Part shown: in pieces, positions 28,201-40,139 of the stretch
Layout: the number at the start of each line of letters is the position of its first letter
Position numbering within the stretch: position 1 is the stretch's first letter
Source of the DNA: Owenia fusiformis
Taxonomy: Eukaryota
Reading direction: 5' to 3'
Assembly: GCA_903813345.2 (NCBI GenBank)
Contig: CAIIXF020000001.1
Span: 44,206,001 to 44,270,000 of the forward strand
DNA length: 64,000 nt
Translations under genes and position numbers: made by a program
The notes under the pieces: model-generated
Told to the model about the DNA's origin: nothing
Database searches by the model: none
What the model saw: the letters and a program-made list of their open reading frames with translations, nothing else

Positions 28201-31200
28201 GCCACATTAATCATTAATTAGATAGGTTAGCATGACCTTCAGAGAAGTGTGATAATAAGCAATTGATTTGGAAATCAATCCAAAATAAAGTCTACTAAAT
28301 ATATATTCTAGGAGATTATTCAAATGTCCCATTTTAAGGATAATGTATAATTCAATTTTATCAACATGTAAAGGAGACCTACTCTAGCCTCTCTAAATAA
28401 CATACAGGCTGACCCCAAAAAATGCAACCCACCATTTTTATTGATTCATTACAATGGAACCTTCTTTAATTCTCTTATATACATGTGCATGTAGTTTCTA
28501 GTCTATGTAGAATGTTCACTTTATAAAACATGACGAACATTACTTCAATAACAAATTACAGTGATCTCCCCAGCATTAAAGCAAGTGGGCGCAGCACCCA
28601 TCTGAAAATCCAATTGCACCCAGTTCAAAATGAGATTATGGTCTGAATTGTAAAAATGAGAATTTTGCACCCACTTGAGAAATAATCCTGTGGAGAACAC
28701 TGAATTATCATTGATCATTGAATAATACAGAGTGACCCAAAAAGGCAAATCAATATTTTCTGAATAACTGATGATTGTGGTCAAACTTGACCCTTAACCA
28801 TTATTTGAGTCCTTTAATACACTTTATCAATGAATCCACTATTTTTAGAATACACAATTTTCTAAATTTGCATTTTTTACTGTGGTCTGAAAAATAGCAG
28901 GTTACATTTTTTGAATCACCCTGTATTAATCAATGATCAGTCGGATATTTGCCACGTTGAAAAAGATATTGTAGTCAATAATGTATATTCACTATACAAG
29001 CATATCCTTGAGGGTAGATTTTTATTTTCAAATAATCTTGCTAAAGAAGATTTTGAAAACTATCTTGTTAAAAGTGATTAAAAGGCCCAGACACATGTTG
29101 AGAGTTTAGTTCAGAAAAAAAATTATCAAAATTTTACAATATTTTTTACTCTTATCATTTGACATGTTTTGGTCAGAATATCTCAATATTTCATCCTTCT
29201 TACAAATTTTCAACAGGATGGCATGTGATTTTTGAATATTCAACAGGTGTAGCACCGTATTGTTCTAATGCAGGCCGGAAGATCACTAATGTGACCTGAC
29301 CTACCTGACTTGGCATAAATAACCAACAAGTTTGTTTTGGTTCGGAGTAATTTCTTGAACTGTTTCACATCTTCGACATCTTCAATGAGCTCCCTCTTGC
29401 TGCTTTTACGAGCCACAAGGTTAGTTGGGATCAACAACTGGAAACAATGGATAACAAAAATGTAACTTAACAATATCTTTTAAAACTAGACTGTTATAAA
29501 GAACTCTTCCTGAAAGATTCATTACATTTGCAATTTAAAAGAACAAATTAGTCTAGCCTTGTCTTGTATTTACTATCCTATGGGTTCATTACACATTGTT
29601 TAAAAATAAAACACTTTATAAAAATAGATTCTTTTATCCATCTTTCTAGTATCTTATTGTCATTGTCTAAAACTGTTCATTGTCTAAATCAATAACACAA
29701 TTATTTTGAAGGACATGATCTGTAATAGCCGATTTATTCATCACACCTTTCATATTTTTTTTAAAGTTTATCACGTATAACGTAAATGGTCCATTGAATC
29801 TGCTTCCATCTTCTGTTCTTTAATTCTTATTTTCAATGGTCATGAAGTTTCCCCTTTATACAATTTGTCATCTTGATTCACAAGGTTTCGATTGTTCCTA
29901 CCTCACCTTGATCAATCGGCCCGATTTATTGACCACTGTGTAAATAAACCCAGCTGAGTTCACTCTCAATATTGCTACTCCTGGCAGTTGCCCGCAGTTG
30001 AGACGCCACAAAACCAATCAGCAAATCAACAATGCGATATTTATTCAGTCCGAATAGACATTTTCAATCTTTAGTCACATGACGAAGCAGAGCATTCTGA
30101 TTGGGTCCTTGGACTTAACACTGGGCCATGAACCGCCATGAATGGGAGAAACAAATTGACCTTTTATGCCACGGGTCTCTTGACCCAGTGGAAAGCGACA
30201 ATGATGATTTGTGACTTGATTTGCATGGTACTTCATAAACAACACCTCATTTATCATTAATTTTTATTTTGTCTTTAGGTTGGACTATCACATGTTTCAG
30301 AGTCATGTGTGGTTTCACTGCTGCATCAATATTATGTTTTCTAAAAATTCTCTGGAGCTTCTCTGTCATACCTACAACATACAATAAATTTGACTATATA
30401 GTTCCTTACGGCTTTTCTTCCTTATCTTGATTACTCTCACATTTTGATTTTTGATACGTTCAATTTCTCCGAAATTGGTCCAAACATGGCCTTTGAAAGT
30501 CCATGGTCCAAACCGCGAACTTTTGCTTGAAATGTTTTCCTGGTTACGTGACCAAAGGAGCTTTCTAAATGGTGGTTCTAAAAATTCTAAAAGAAATTGA
30601 CAATCAGCTTTGAATCTGATTGGCTGCCTGGCTCAAGGACAAGATGCACTCTCAATTTTATTGACGCTGGTGAGCATAGGCCAAGGGTAAAGTAAAAGTA
30701 GGCCGTATATAGAAGAGACTGTCTCTTCTATATACAGCTTACTATTACTTTTCCCTTGGCCTTAGTCATATAAATCTGACCCTCGTATGATGTTATTTGT
30801 TGTTATTTTTTCTGATATGCTGGTAAGCTCCTGTCATTTGAAACAGTTTTCCCTCAATTGCGGTGATCCAACTCAATATGTGTTCAATTCTGACACTTGG
30901 TTCTTATGTTCTCAATATATCGGTTCCATCTGGGAATACTAAACCACGGGAATGGCAACTCATGTCTCCGATTGTTCTATGTCTGTCTCCGATAATTGAA
31001 AAACGTCACAGCTGTAACTACCAAAAGATTACTTGTGACGTCACATCGTTACAACACTACAGCGCCATATTGGATTCATATTCATCTCTACGTGCTTTGA
31101 TTTTGGTAAGAAAATGTCTTTTTATACGTCATGATATGGGCAAATAAGGAAAAACAGTATCCCATTTGCACGCACCATCAATCATAGTCTCTGTATATGT

Positions 31201-34200
31201 TTTTTTTTATAGATCAATTATATGTTTTATATGCGAAAAATGTTTTTCCAATTCAAGTTTTCCGCAATTACGAAACTTGCTAATTTGCTTAGAATTTTGG
31301 AAAGAAAATGTTCTATTTATGTCATATTTAGGAAAATAAGGTAAAATCTGCTGTAACCTCTGCACGCACCATCAATTCCAGTTGTCGGCAAATCCGAAAA
31401 AGTTGGCAAATAAAATGTCCCGTTTATATCATGTTTAGGAAAATATCTAAAAATCGAAAGGACATTTGCGTGCATTATCAATTATATTCCCTGTGTATGA
31501 TAATTTTTTTAATTTCAATTTTTATTTCCAGATCCATCTGATGAATTAGCAAGATGGAAAAGCAGCAAAACATGTCTACAAAAAGAGAAATAAAGCAAGC
31601 TTATACATTTAGTCCAACTCCTTTGAAAAATCTGTCTGCTGATGAAGTACACAAATATAAAGGATAAAATTGTTTCCCTGGAACACCGTGCTCTTTACGC
31701 CAGACAAAATAATCTCAGTGACATTTGCTTTGAACGACATCGTACTATTGCGACCAGTGTAGATTTGATCGGATACGACATCCTCACTTTGATACCCAAG
31801 AAACGGCCAGGGAAACGGCTTACTTACTCATTCAATTCAAAACTACTGAAGATGGACCACTCCAAAACATTTCGTAATTGTAGCGTCGATATGACTTCAG
31901 GAAACTGTGTCTTGTAAAAGGGCCTGTTGTTGGAAAAATATTTACAAGCTTTTATTGTTTAAAAACAGTAATTGTGGATTTACGTGATGTTCCTTCTTTC
32001 GGATACCATGTCAGTGGCGTAGGAACAATGTACGCCAAAACGCCAGTGCGTAGTGTTGAAAAGTGAGAATAAAAAAGACTTATTAATTTTCCTATGTTCT
32101 TTAGTCATATTGTCTCATTGTTCATAAATTGTAAAAGTAATCTCGAGCACACTAGCCTAAAGAAATGTTTTGTGGATACCATATCATTATTGGTCTGTCT
32201 GGCAAATATCATTTAACAGATTGAATTCCCTTACCAACATCCTTTATTTCATGAAAATCGAGCCACTATTGACTATCTTATGAATTTTAAAAGTAAAATA
32301 CAATTTCGCCAAATATTCGTGAATCGCGTTCTCTTCACGAATTTTTTTTCTGCATGTTCCGTAATGCTTATGCAAACTATGGTATCATATGATTATAATG
32401 ATGAACCTCTTTAAAAGATGTATATTTTTTATTCTCCCCTACCCCAATTTTTCAATTTCACTACATCGATTTATAATCCGTTGCTATGCAAAATCATAGA
32501 CAGAAATTATAGTTAAGTCAGCAATTATCTATTTTCTTACTAAATCACTAATTGTTATTAGTAGAACTTCTTGAAATATGAATGTTAAAGACAAAAACAA
32601 CTTGAAAATGCTGATTATTCAATAACACGTTTCATTGATTTCAGTTCTAGAAAAGCGATTGCCTATTTTTTTTCATTTGAAAAATAAAAGATTCTTGTTT
32701 TATAACATTTTTGGCACCCCCTAAGTCACGTTTACCTCGATTTGACCTTTGTTGCGGGGGTGTTTATTTGTTTCATTGATCACGAATGCGTTTCTTCATA
32801 TCAATTGATCAAACTAGTTTCTTTAATCTGTACGTATTGTATTGCACGGTACACGATGGAATCAGACAATACTATATATCTAAATTCAATTATTCGAAAA
32901 TTATTAAAAAATCTCTTATTGTTTTGGAAATTGGTCGTCTCAATCGTTCGAGACATTAGCAAAGTGAGAATGATTTGTGTCGAGATTTAAAAGATAGGCT
33001 TTCCAAGGTGATTTTAAATGATGAAAATCATTCGAACATTTTAAAGCACATTAAAAAGGTATCAGGGATTTAAAGCTTGCATATAAAATCGAAACGCCAA
33101 CCTATACGTATGACCAATCGCCCATATAAATGCATCGCTTAAGTATTTCCGTTCACATTTAGGTTGTGAAAAACATTGCAAGCTTAAAATCTCTTTTTTC
33201 ATAAAATGACATTTTACGAGCATAAAATAGGCGTTTTGATATAGAATATTGACACAATTGTTTCATATTTTTGGGGGGATTTTTGGCGTAGTGTTGAATT
33301 TACACCTTCCTACGCCCCTGCCATGTGACATGGATTTAGATGATGAAAGGAAAGACGGAAAGTTTTCATAACCCAGATTACTGAGATACACCACACGAAG
33401 GTAGTTTTCACCTTCTCTCACGTGCATGTTCTTGGAAACATGACATAACGATCTAACTCCATATTCGGATAGATGAAACCATGGGCTTTCAACTATGAAA
33501 GCCCATGATGAAACGCACTTCGATCCTACTAGTGACGTGTTACGTTAAAGCAGTCGGGCATCATGTTCTGTCATGTTTCATTCGAATTGATAGCGAGGAA
33601 TAACTACTACTAATTTTAGATACACTAAACTACTGAAACTATGTACTGTGTCCTTGAAAACATTAACGAATTGGCCGGGTAGAGTAAACGGTACGGTAGG
33701 CGTATGGATCATGACTTTAGGCCTAAATCCATGGTGGATGACTGAGTTATTAACATTTGTTTGTGTTACGTTTTTGACTCACCCTGTTTAACAACTATTG
33801 CCCAATTTATACATTAATACAGAAGTCCATCTTAAAATACTATTGCATCTTGAATAAATGAATCAACATATTTAATACATTTGTTTGAACAATCAGCGAT
33901 CCTAGTAATGTTCAAGATTTTCGAGACAAAGTAAACTACAAGATACATATTAATAACTCTTTATAATCAGTTAGAGGCAATTTTGCTACTAATTTGATCG
34001 CATTCCGTTTTTGTTCCAAAATATCCTTACGTTTATCATACATGTCATAATGAGAGCAAAACATCAACGTTATTCAGTGATCATGCAAGATTATTTACGC
34101 ATGGTATCATGTATGAACAAATGATCATACTCCAGTGTTTCTATGTCATGTAATAAGCCAGATCTAGTTCAAATAATATCAAAGCATAATTTCAACTATA

Positions 34201-37200
34201 AAATAGTTTAATTCAATGAAAACTAATAATATCGAAATCGACACTTTCCGTTTAAATGCGAAGGTAAGAACAGTAACTTTCGCTTGATACTGAACAATGA
34301 TTATCGAAGTTCTTCCGCCAACACAAGGATGACTGAACTTGAAATCCATCAAAACACTAATTTAAATTTATTTTCTTCTTACTCACAATGTAACTATTCC
34401 ATGTATTCTCAATCGAATCCCAAATTATTACCATTTCTTCATACAGCCGCAATTACTTTCGATAATTCCAGCGACCGTTGGTCGGACAAATTGAATGGAG
34501 GGGGAGCAGGCGATTTCAGCTAGAAAATTCAACAAATTAGAAACATTTCTTTTTTCAGGAGAAAGTTTACTATTAATTGATTGAATTGATAAATGATGAA
34601 TTTTTGAAAATCGTCATTCCCATGTAATCCAATGGGAAATGGAGGGTTCGGGGCAAATCAGAAATCAGGATATCTTTTCAGTAAAAGATTCAGCAAAAAA
34701 TATTTTTATATAGAAAATTGAATTGTCTAACTTTTTTGAACACTAAGTGTTTAGTTTATTTGATGAATATTAAAGTTACAGCGCTTCAAAGTCATTTTTG
34801 AAAATAATTTTTCGCCTCCTGTGTTATTTCAATGGGAGAGGTTTTTTGAAAAACAATTTTGACTTTAAAGCCCTATAACTTTGTTGAACCTGAAGAAACA
34901 TATCAATTTTTTGTTAAATAAAGTTAGCAAATTCAATTGCCTGCCTAACTCGTATTTTTTTGCAAGGACTCGGATGGATGGATATTCTGTCATATGACTT
35001 GCGGCAAACCTACCATTTCTCATTGGTTAACATGGGAATGTCGATTTTCAAAAATTCATCAAATTTATCATCAATTTTCGACCTATTGTAATTGAGGAAA
35101 AAATTGAGAAAATTTGGAGGTATTGGAATTAAAGTCAAATTACGTTTCCATCAATAGTATAAGTATTTTCATCGCAGGTTGAGTAAATAAAAATTCAAAG
35201 GTAAAGAGGCTTTAACACGTAGTTCAATGGGGGAAAAAAGGTTGCCAAACTAATGGAGGGGAGTGTAAGTTATTTCATCGCCGGTTAAGTACAGTAAATA
35301 AAAATTCAAACGTAAAGAGGCTTTAACACGTAGCTCAATGGGGGAGCTAAGGTGGACTTATGGAGAGGAGTGTAAATATGTTAGATCTTCTAGAATTATT
35401 TTTGAATCGATGCTTCTGAGAAAAACAAAGTCAAAATCTTTTTCAACTTGCTTCAAATTGACCAATTTTCTCAAAATCATCTACAAGCTGAAGTTCTTAG
35501 AAGTTCAAATATGACTTTAGATTTGAGATTTGATCTGCAATGACCTTCTCAAGGTAAAAAGGTCGAAAAGATATTTTTCAACTTCAAATTGACCCAATTT
35601 TGTTAAAAATCATCGATATGCTTTTTAGGAAAACAAGGTCAAAAAGTATTTTTAACTTGCTTCAAATTTTTATATAAATTATCATCTAAGAACCTTAAAT
35701 CTGACTTTAGATTTGAGATTTTACCTTCAATAACTTTCTCAAAAAGGTCTTTTTCAACTTGCTTTAAATTCACCTGTTTTTTAAATCATCTACAAGTTCT
35801 CAGAACTTCAAATCCGACTTTATATTTCTGATTTGAGCAAATAAGTGGTAACATTTTGTCATGTTAAATGCCTTGTTGTTTTTAACTTACTGTAAACTAC
35901 TTAAAGATATGCTAAACAGATAAGTAGGTCAGTATTACATAATCATAAGTGAAAATACAATAGGTCATAATGTACTAAAACCTGCTTGAAACTGAAAAAC
36001 ATTGCATGCTCTATTCCACTATTTGGAGGCTTTTGAAATTCACAGTAACAATAGATGCCTGTATATAATCATTGCATAGAAAACACTTCATTTAGTGTTT
36101 ATCAGATGTATTGAGTTGACCAAAATACTCACTGGACTACATACTGGCACCCTTACATACAGGGTGGTCCAAAAAAGTGAACTTGCAAAAGGCTATATTT
36201 TCCTTCATACATGCATGCATTTATTAGCCCATATCACCACATCTTGTGGAGAAAGATCTAAAATTTGATGCCATAATTTATTCGCGGCCTTGAATTTTGA
36301 AGAAATTACAAGATTACAAAAACATGCCTTAAATTAGATATTGTGCAAAACTTTACAAATGTGATGCATGGAAATTGTTGAAACATATTGGATGATCTTA
36401 ATAGAATGGGACATTATTTGCGCAGAAAACACATTTCACATTTTCATTGACCACTTTGAAGCAGTTTTAACCATTCAACAGGTACGGATTATCATAAACA
36501 TTCGTGGATTACAATAAACATTCGTGGATTGTCAACCATTTGTGGATTATCATCAAACATTATTGAATACGAACATTATAGGATTACTACGAACATTATT
36601 GGATTATAACAAACATTGGAGAACTAACGTTTCGTGATCTGGAACATTCTCAAGGATCATCAAGGATATTTACCAACATCGAGAGACAATTAGGGGTATC
36701 GCCAATTGAACTTAAGTATTACATTATATTTTATATATTATTGTTATATCATTTAGTTTTTCAAAAATATAGTACTGTACATTGTTATATTTTAATTGCT
36801 TTTTTTACTTTCTGTTATTTTCGAACGTAACACGAGTGATTATTTAGTGTCAAGTTTTGTCTCTAGTGACAGCATGTTACTGAATATCTCAACAAGTGAT
36901 CTAAACTACAGCAGCTCAAATAAGCATACCGAAATATTATAATTCAGTTTGATTCAGAGAAGGGGATTATACAGTAAGGGATTAACAATTTATTTATTAT
37001 CTTACAATTTAACTCAATTCGTGAATTTGAAGATCTACTGCTATATTGTTTAATATGCATTATAATAGATCGATTTGATTTGATGGTAAGAACTATTGTC
37101 CTTTTCCCATTGAGCTCCATTATAAAAAATGGAATTTTCAAACTTAATATTTTAAAATTGTACGTGGTGAAAAGTTGCATATTGAGTAGTTAGTTAATGT

Positions 37201-39802
37201 TAAAATTCAAAACAAAAAGGAAAAAACAATGCCACGGAGTCTCATTAGCATTTCTTAAAAAGCCAGCGATGGCATTAGTTTTGTGATGATACCGTCACTT
37301 ATAAGTATTTGGTACAGGTCGTGTGGGCATTGTTTCTTGATTTGTAGCAATAACATTGACTTTTGCACGTTGGTAACGACACCTTATAATACATCACATA
37401 TTTTAGAAGCGTATCCTCAAGGAAAACGTAACATATTACCTTGCCATACCGTGCGCTTTTTCGATTAGTAATGCAGGGGCGTAGGAAGGTGTAAATTCAA
37501 CACTACGCCAAAAATCCCGCCAAAAATATGAAACAATATCAATATTCTAAATCAAAACGCCTACTTTATGCTCGTAAAACGTCATTTTATGGTAACAGAG
37601 ATTTTAAGCTTGCAATGTTTTTCCCAACCTAAATGTGAACGGAAATACTTAAGCAATGCATTTGTATGGGCGGTTGGTCATACGTATATTTTGGCGTTTC
37701 GATTTTATATGCAAGCTTTAAATCCCTGATACCTTTTTAATGTGCTTTAAAATGTTCGATGATTTTCATCATTTAAAATCACCTTGGAAAGCCTATCTTT
37801 TAAATCTCCACACAAATCATTATCACTTTGCTAATGTCTCGAACGATTGAGACGACCAATTTTCAAATAACAATGAGAGATTTTTTCTAAATTGAATTTA
37901 GATATATAGTATTGTCTTGATTCCATCGTGCACCGTGCAATACAATACGTACAGATTAAAGAAACTAGATTGATCAATTGATATAAAGAAACGCATTCTT
38001 GATCAATTAAACAAATAAACACCCCCACCACAAAGGTCAAATCGAGGTCAATGTGACTTAGGGGGTGCCAAAAATGTTATAAAACAAGAATCTATTATTT
38101 TTCAAATGAAAAAAACTAGGTAATCGCTTTTCTAGAACTGAAATCAATGGAACGTGTAATTGAATAATCAGCATTTTCAAGATGTTTTTGTCTTTGACAT
38201 TCATATTTCAAGAAGTACTACCAATAACATTTAGTGATTTAGTAAGAAAATAGATAATTGTTGACTTAACTATAATTTATGTCTATGATTTTGCCTAGCA
38301 ACGGAATATTTAAATCGATGTAGTGAAATTGAAAAATCGGGGTAGGGGATAATAAAAAATATACATCTAAATTTAAAGAGGTTCATCATTATAATTAAAT
38401 GATACCATAGTTTGCATAAGCATTACGGAACATGCAGAAAAAATTCAAAGGTATTCATCAGTAGTTTTTGAAAAAAACAGTTTCTCTCTCAAATTCGTGA
38501 AGAGAACGCGATTCACGAATATTTGGCGAAATTGTATTTTACTTTTAAAATTCATAAGACAGTCAATAGTGGCTCGATTTTCATGAAATAAAGCATGTTG
38601 GTAAGGGAATTCCATCTGGTAAATGATATTTGCCAGACAGACCAATTATAATATGGTATCCACAAAACATTTCTTTAGGCTAGTGTGCTCAAGATTACTT
38701 GCACAATTTATGAACAATGAGAAAATATGACTAAAGAACTCACTTTTCAACACTACACTTGGCGTACATTGTTCCTACGCCACTGAGTAATGCACTAGTA
38801 ATCTTTCTCTAGAAAAAATAATTCTTCCAGATTCGTTATATTTTCTAGCCGAAATCGCCTGCTAACTTCTCCGTTCATTTTGTCCGATCCTCCGACGTGA
38901 CCTTGAAAAACAATCACGGTAAACCAGGCCCGTAGCCGGGGGGGGGGGGGGGTCGGAGGGGGCCAGAAATTCTTTAAAAATCATGCAGTTTTTGACCATT
39001 TTGAGCACTTTTCGTATGATTATTTGCCAAAAACTGAAAAGCTCACCCCCCCCCCCTTGGCAAAAGCTCCCCATTGGCAAGGGCTTTCAATTAGATTCTA
39101 ATTGAAAGCCCATGCCCTTGGTAAAACCGCTCCCCCACCCCCAAGTAAATCCTGGCTACGGGCCTGTGAACGAAGAAGACGTGAGATACACTGAATAAAA
39201 TCTTACATGGTCAACGAGTACAGCATTGTTTATAAAACTTACGATCGTCAGGGAAACGATGTACGGAATGTGACGTCGGTGTTCATGAAATATGACGTAA
39301 TAACTCGTCAAGGCAACCGGGGATTTGTTATTTTTAACAATGGGAGACAGACATAGAACAATGGAGCAATAGATACACAATGGAGTTTCCATTCCAGGTG
39401 ATTTTATTCCAAGGTTCCATGAAGATTACGTGTATTTGACTCAATTTTTATGCATGCCCCCATGGCTTTGGACCCAAAGAAACTGGCCAACAGAAATGCA
39501 CCTTAAACTTTTTCTGGGAGATTTGGTTGGCCTAACAAGTCAAACCTACATGATGTAGGCTAAGCTTAGATCTTATCTCCCTCACTCTGTAGGCTAAGAA
39601 TGGACCAAATCAAAACTGAAAAAATTCCAATGAAAAAAATAATGCCATGGCACAAGACAATAGTTTGAACGACATATTGAAAGCTACATTTGAAGCTGGT
39701 AGTTATTGGAAATGTCAGTGCATCACCTGGTATCTTATAAACATCAAATGTACTTACAAGAAATGATAAAACAACAGTTTGAATGCTATTTTTGATCTGC
39801 AT
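7225..39802 (-). CDS. PDIA5: Protein disulfide-isomerase A5-like (PDIR), 19 coding exons, ~771 aa: signal peptide, N-terminal non-catalytic Trx-like domain, five CxxC domains, KEEL
   Basis: Exons 39802-39758, 29437-29305, 26126-26039, 25745-25680, 25341-25296, 25000-24908, 24448-24388, 23271-23204, 22945-22854, 22645-22577, 21990-21854, 21452-21084, 20708-20638, 20177-20049, 19742-19553, 17327-17178, 17067-16986, 11309-11056, 7397-7225. All junctions are GT-AG and phases match; total 2316 nt. N-terminus MQIKNSIQTVVLSFLLLIPTNLVA; PDIA5-like KQFKKLLRTKTNLLVIYAKS, ELKHYKDGEYNKDYDR, FMRDPTGEIPWEED; active sites WCGFC then WCGHC x4; ends KEKEEL*. Exon 1 is the least certain exon. Confidence 0.93.
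9113..10680 (+). mobile_element. Helentron-associated non-autonomous element (HINE/DINE/pearl-like) carrying a 161-162-bp tandem array
   Basis: Subterminal TGTCCCCAC (~9138) and GTGGGGACA (~10668); tandem units start at 9185, 9408, 9569, 9731, 9892, 10054; (GACA/GACG)n at ~10590-10631; terminal hairpin CCCCACACTATGTGGTGGGG; A-rich flanks. Confidence 0.8.
11380..11990. mobile_element. Tc1/mariner-type MITE
   Basis: TIRs CAGGGTGTCAAATAAGTCCCGTCCCCCC and GGGGGGACGGGACTTATTTGACACCCTG, extending ~95 bp; TA on both sides. Confidence 0.88.
12142..14438. mobile_element. Spy-like TIR element inserted at AAA|TTT without TSD
   Basis: Imperfect TIRs GGATCCGTTACTTAATGTACCT and AGGTACACTAATGGGTACGGATCC; flanks TAATAAA and TTTGAC. 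A paralogous empty site TAATAAA|TTTGGC is present at ~14828-14840. Internal ~170-190-bp repeats at ~12400-12800. Confidence 0.75.
14442..15130. repeat. Tandem duplication, ~400-bp unit, diverged
   Basis: TGACTTATCT..CACCTC..TCCTTTCATCAGAGAGCTGAGTAGAATCATG starts at ~14448 and ~14844. Segment 14745-14834 also matches 12051-12141. Confidence 0.85.
15171..16400 (-). mobile_element. 5'-truncated CR1/L2-type LINE with (TGAAC)n tail
   Basis: ORF 16298-15312 has post-RT motifs (PTAMYGCELW, KLMFLGRLC, CxxC..HLVLHC). It is followed by AATAAA and the (TGAAC)4 microsatellite tail at 15190-15171. The 5' end is approximate. Confidence 0.8.
17329..18080. repeat. Five-copy 154-bp intronic tandem repeat abutting a PDIA5 splice acceptor
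   Basis: The unit AAAAATGGAAAACACACATTCAATGG... recurs every 154 bp (fourth unit ~139 bp) and produces the near-identical short ORFs at 17466, 17620 and 17913. Confidence 0.93.
18446..19538 (-). mobile_element. Internally deleted mariner with ~200-bp TIRs and a transposase remnant
   Basis: TA|CGAGGGGTGATCAATAAGTAATGGACGC ... GCGTCCATTACTTATTGATCACCCCTCG|TA. ORF 19170-18868 has LLHMDNAPAH and APYCPDLLTCD, matching the mariner HDNAxxH and YSPDLAPxD motifs. Confidence 0.92.
20911..21048 (+). repeat. Short HINE-like dispersed repeat; second copy at ~59364-59450
   Basis: ACAAGGCATTAACATG(C)AAAATGTCACCACCTGCCA.TTGTTACAGA is shared by both loci; 3' hairpin ATGTCATCACTTCTGGTGTGACAT. Confidence 0.55.
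22031..22253. mobile_element. Short pogo-type MITE
   Basis: TA|CCGTA ... TACGG|TA termini; subterminal GGGCGCTTATT/GGCCCTTATT repeats. Confidence 0.45.
25582..25696 (-). repeat. 24-bp tandem repeat made of a PDIA5 exon end plus its splice donor
   Basis: Minus-strand unit TGAACTGAAACATTACAAGTAAGT, about 5 copies; one copy lacks 4 nt. Confidence 0.9.
26576..26645 (-). pseudogene. Degenerate tRNA-Gly-like sequence (pseudo-tRNA or SINE head)
   Basis: Minus strand ATGGCTTAGTGGGATAATGCTCGCCTGGCACGCAGTCGACTGTGATTGGAATCCCGCTTTGTGCA resembles tRNA-Gly(GCC) (…CTCGCCTGCCACGC…GATTCCCGG…TGCA). The B box and anticodon loop are damaged. Confidence 0.55.
28405..28923. mobile_element. Old Tc1/mariner-type MITE
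   Basis: TA|CAGGCTGACCCCAAAAAATGCAACC ... GGTTACATTTTTTGAATCACCCTG|TA; diverged TIRs. Confidence 0.6.
30679..30761. mobile_element. 83-bp hairpin MITE with GGCC termini (Harbinger/Tourist-like)
   Basis: GGCCAAGGGTAAAGTAAAAGTAGGCCGTATATAGAAGAGAC-T-GTCTCTTCTATATACAGCTTACTATTACTTTTCCCTTGGCC folds back almost fully; flanks ATA and TTA. Confidence 0.7.
32012..33320 (+). mobile_element. 1.3-kb non-autonomous hAT-like element, copy 1
   Basis: TIRs CAGTGGCGTAGGAA and TTCCTACGCCCCTG; TSD CCATGT (6 bp). Confidence 0.88.
34560..35100. mobile_element. Diverged foldback/MITE
   Basis: TGATGAATTTTTGAAAATCGTCATTCCCATG (~34594) is mirrored by CATGGGAATGTCGATTTTCAAAAATTCATCA (~35031-35061), and inner arms also pair. 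Ends are approximate. Confidence 0.65.
37474..38785 (-). mobile_element. 1.3-kb non-autonomous hAT-like element, copy 2 (inverted relative to copy 1)
   Basis: Reverse-complement match to 32012-33320 along its length (ORFs 32742+ and 38040- are near-identical); TSD AGTAATG (7 bp). Confidence 0.88.
38925..39166. mobile_element. CAGGCCCGTAGCC-type MITE (hAT-like); related copy at ~61236-61376
   Basis: TIRs CAGGCCCGTAGCC and GGCTACGGGCCTG with poly-G/poly-C subtermini. Confidence 0.78.
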
Positions 39803-40091
39803 CTTTACTGCCACGTTCCTTTACTACAGGAAGGAGCATAACGTAAAATATTTTCACAAATTTACGTTTGGTTCTCCAGTTGCAAATATACAAGGACTTT
39901 GCACGTCCATCAAACAATCTTTAATATGTTTGGTAGTAGAACTTCCGTGTTTGAACAATTATGATTCGTGAAGGAATTCTCTACCTTTAGAAAATAATTT
40001 TTGATTGCTCGATCATGAAATTTAGGTTCATCGAGTAGTTCTGTACTTATGTGACCTACTTTATTACGTCACAAGTGGTCTGCTAGATAAA
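39803..40091. promoter_or_regulatory. Candidate bidirectional promoter shared by PDIA5 (-) and ANT (+)
   Basis: About 290 bp separate the PDIA5 ATG from the inferred ANT start. Contains GCCACGT (~39810, bZIP/XBP1-like), GTGACCT (~40051) and TTACGTCA (~40064, CRE-like). Confidence 0.55.
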
Positions 40092-40139
40092 CTCTCCTTC
40101 AAATCGACTTCGTTTGTCCTGCTACACCACATTTGCAAA
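40092..40139 (+). other. Probable non-coding first exon of the ADP/ATP carrier gene
   Basis: Pyrimidine-rich start CTCTCCTTC (TCT/5'TOP-like) followed by a consensus donor AA|GTAAGT at 40140. The ANT ATG sits directly after an acceptor (ttttgcag|ATG), which implies an upstream exon. Confidence 0.65.

Larger units (their letters stand above)
30930..39413. mobile_element. 8.5-kb composite TIR element in PDIA5 intron 1 with nested insertions
   Basis: Imperfect ~70-bp TIRs (CTGGGAATA..GGAATGGCAACTC..ATTGTTCTATGTCTGTCTCC versus the reverse complement at ~39340-39413). Direct repeat GTTCCAT at 30923-30929 and 39414-39420. Confidence 0.7.
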
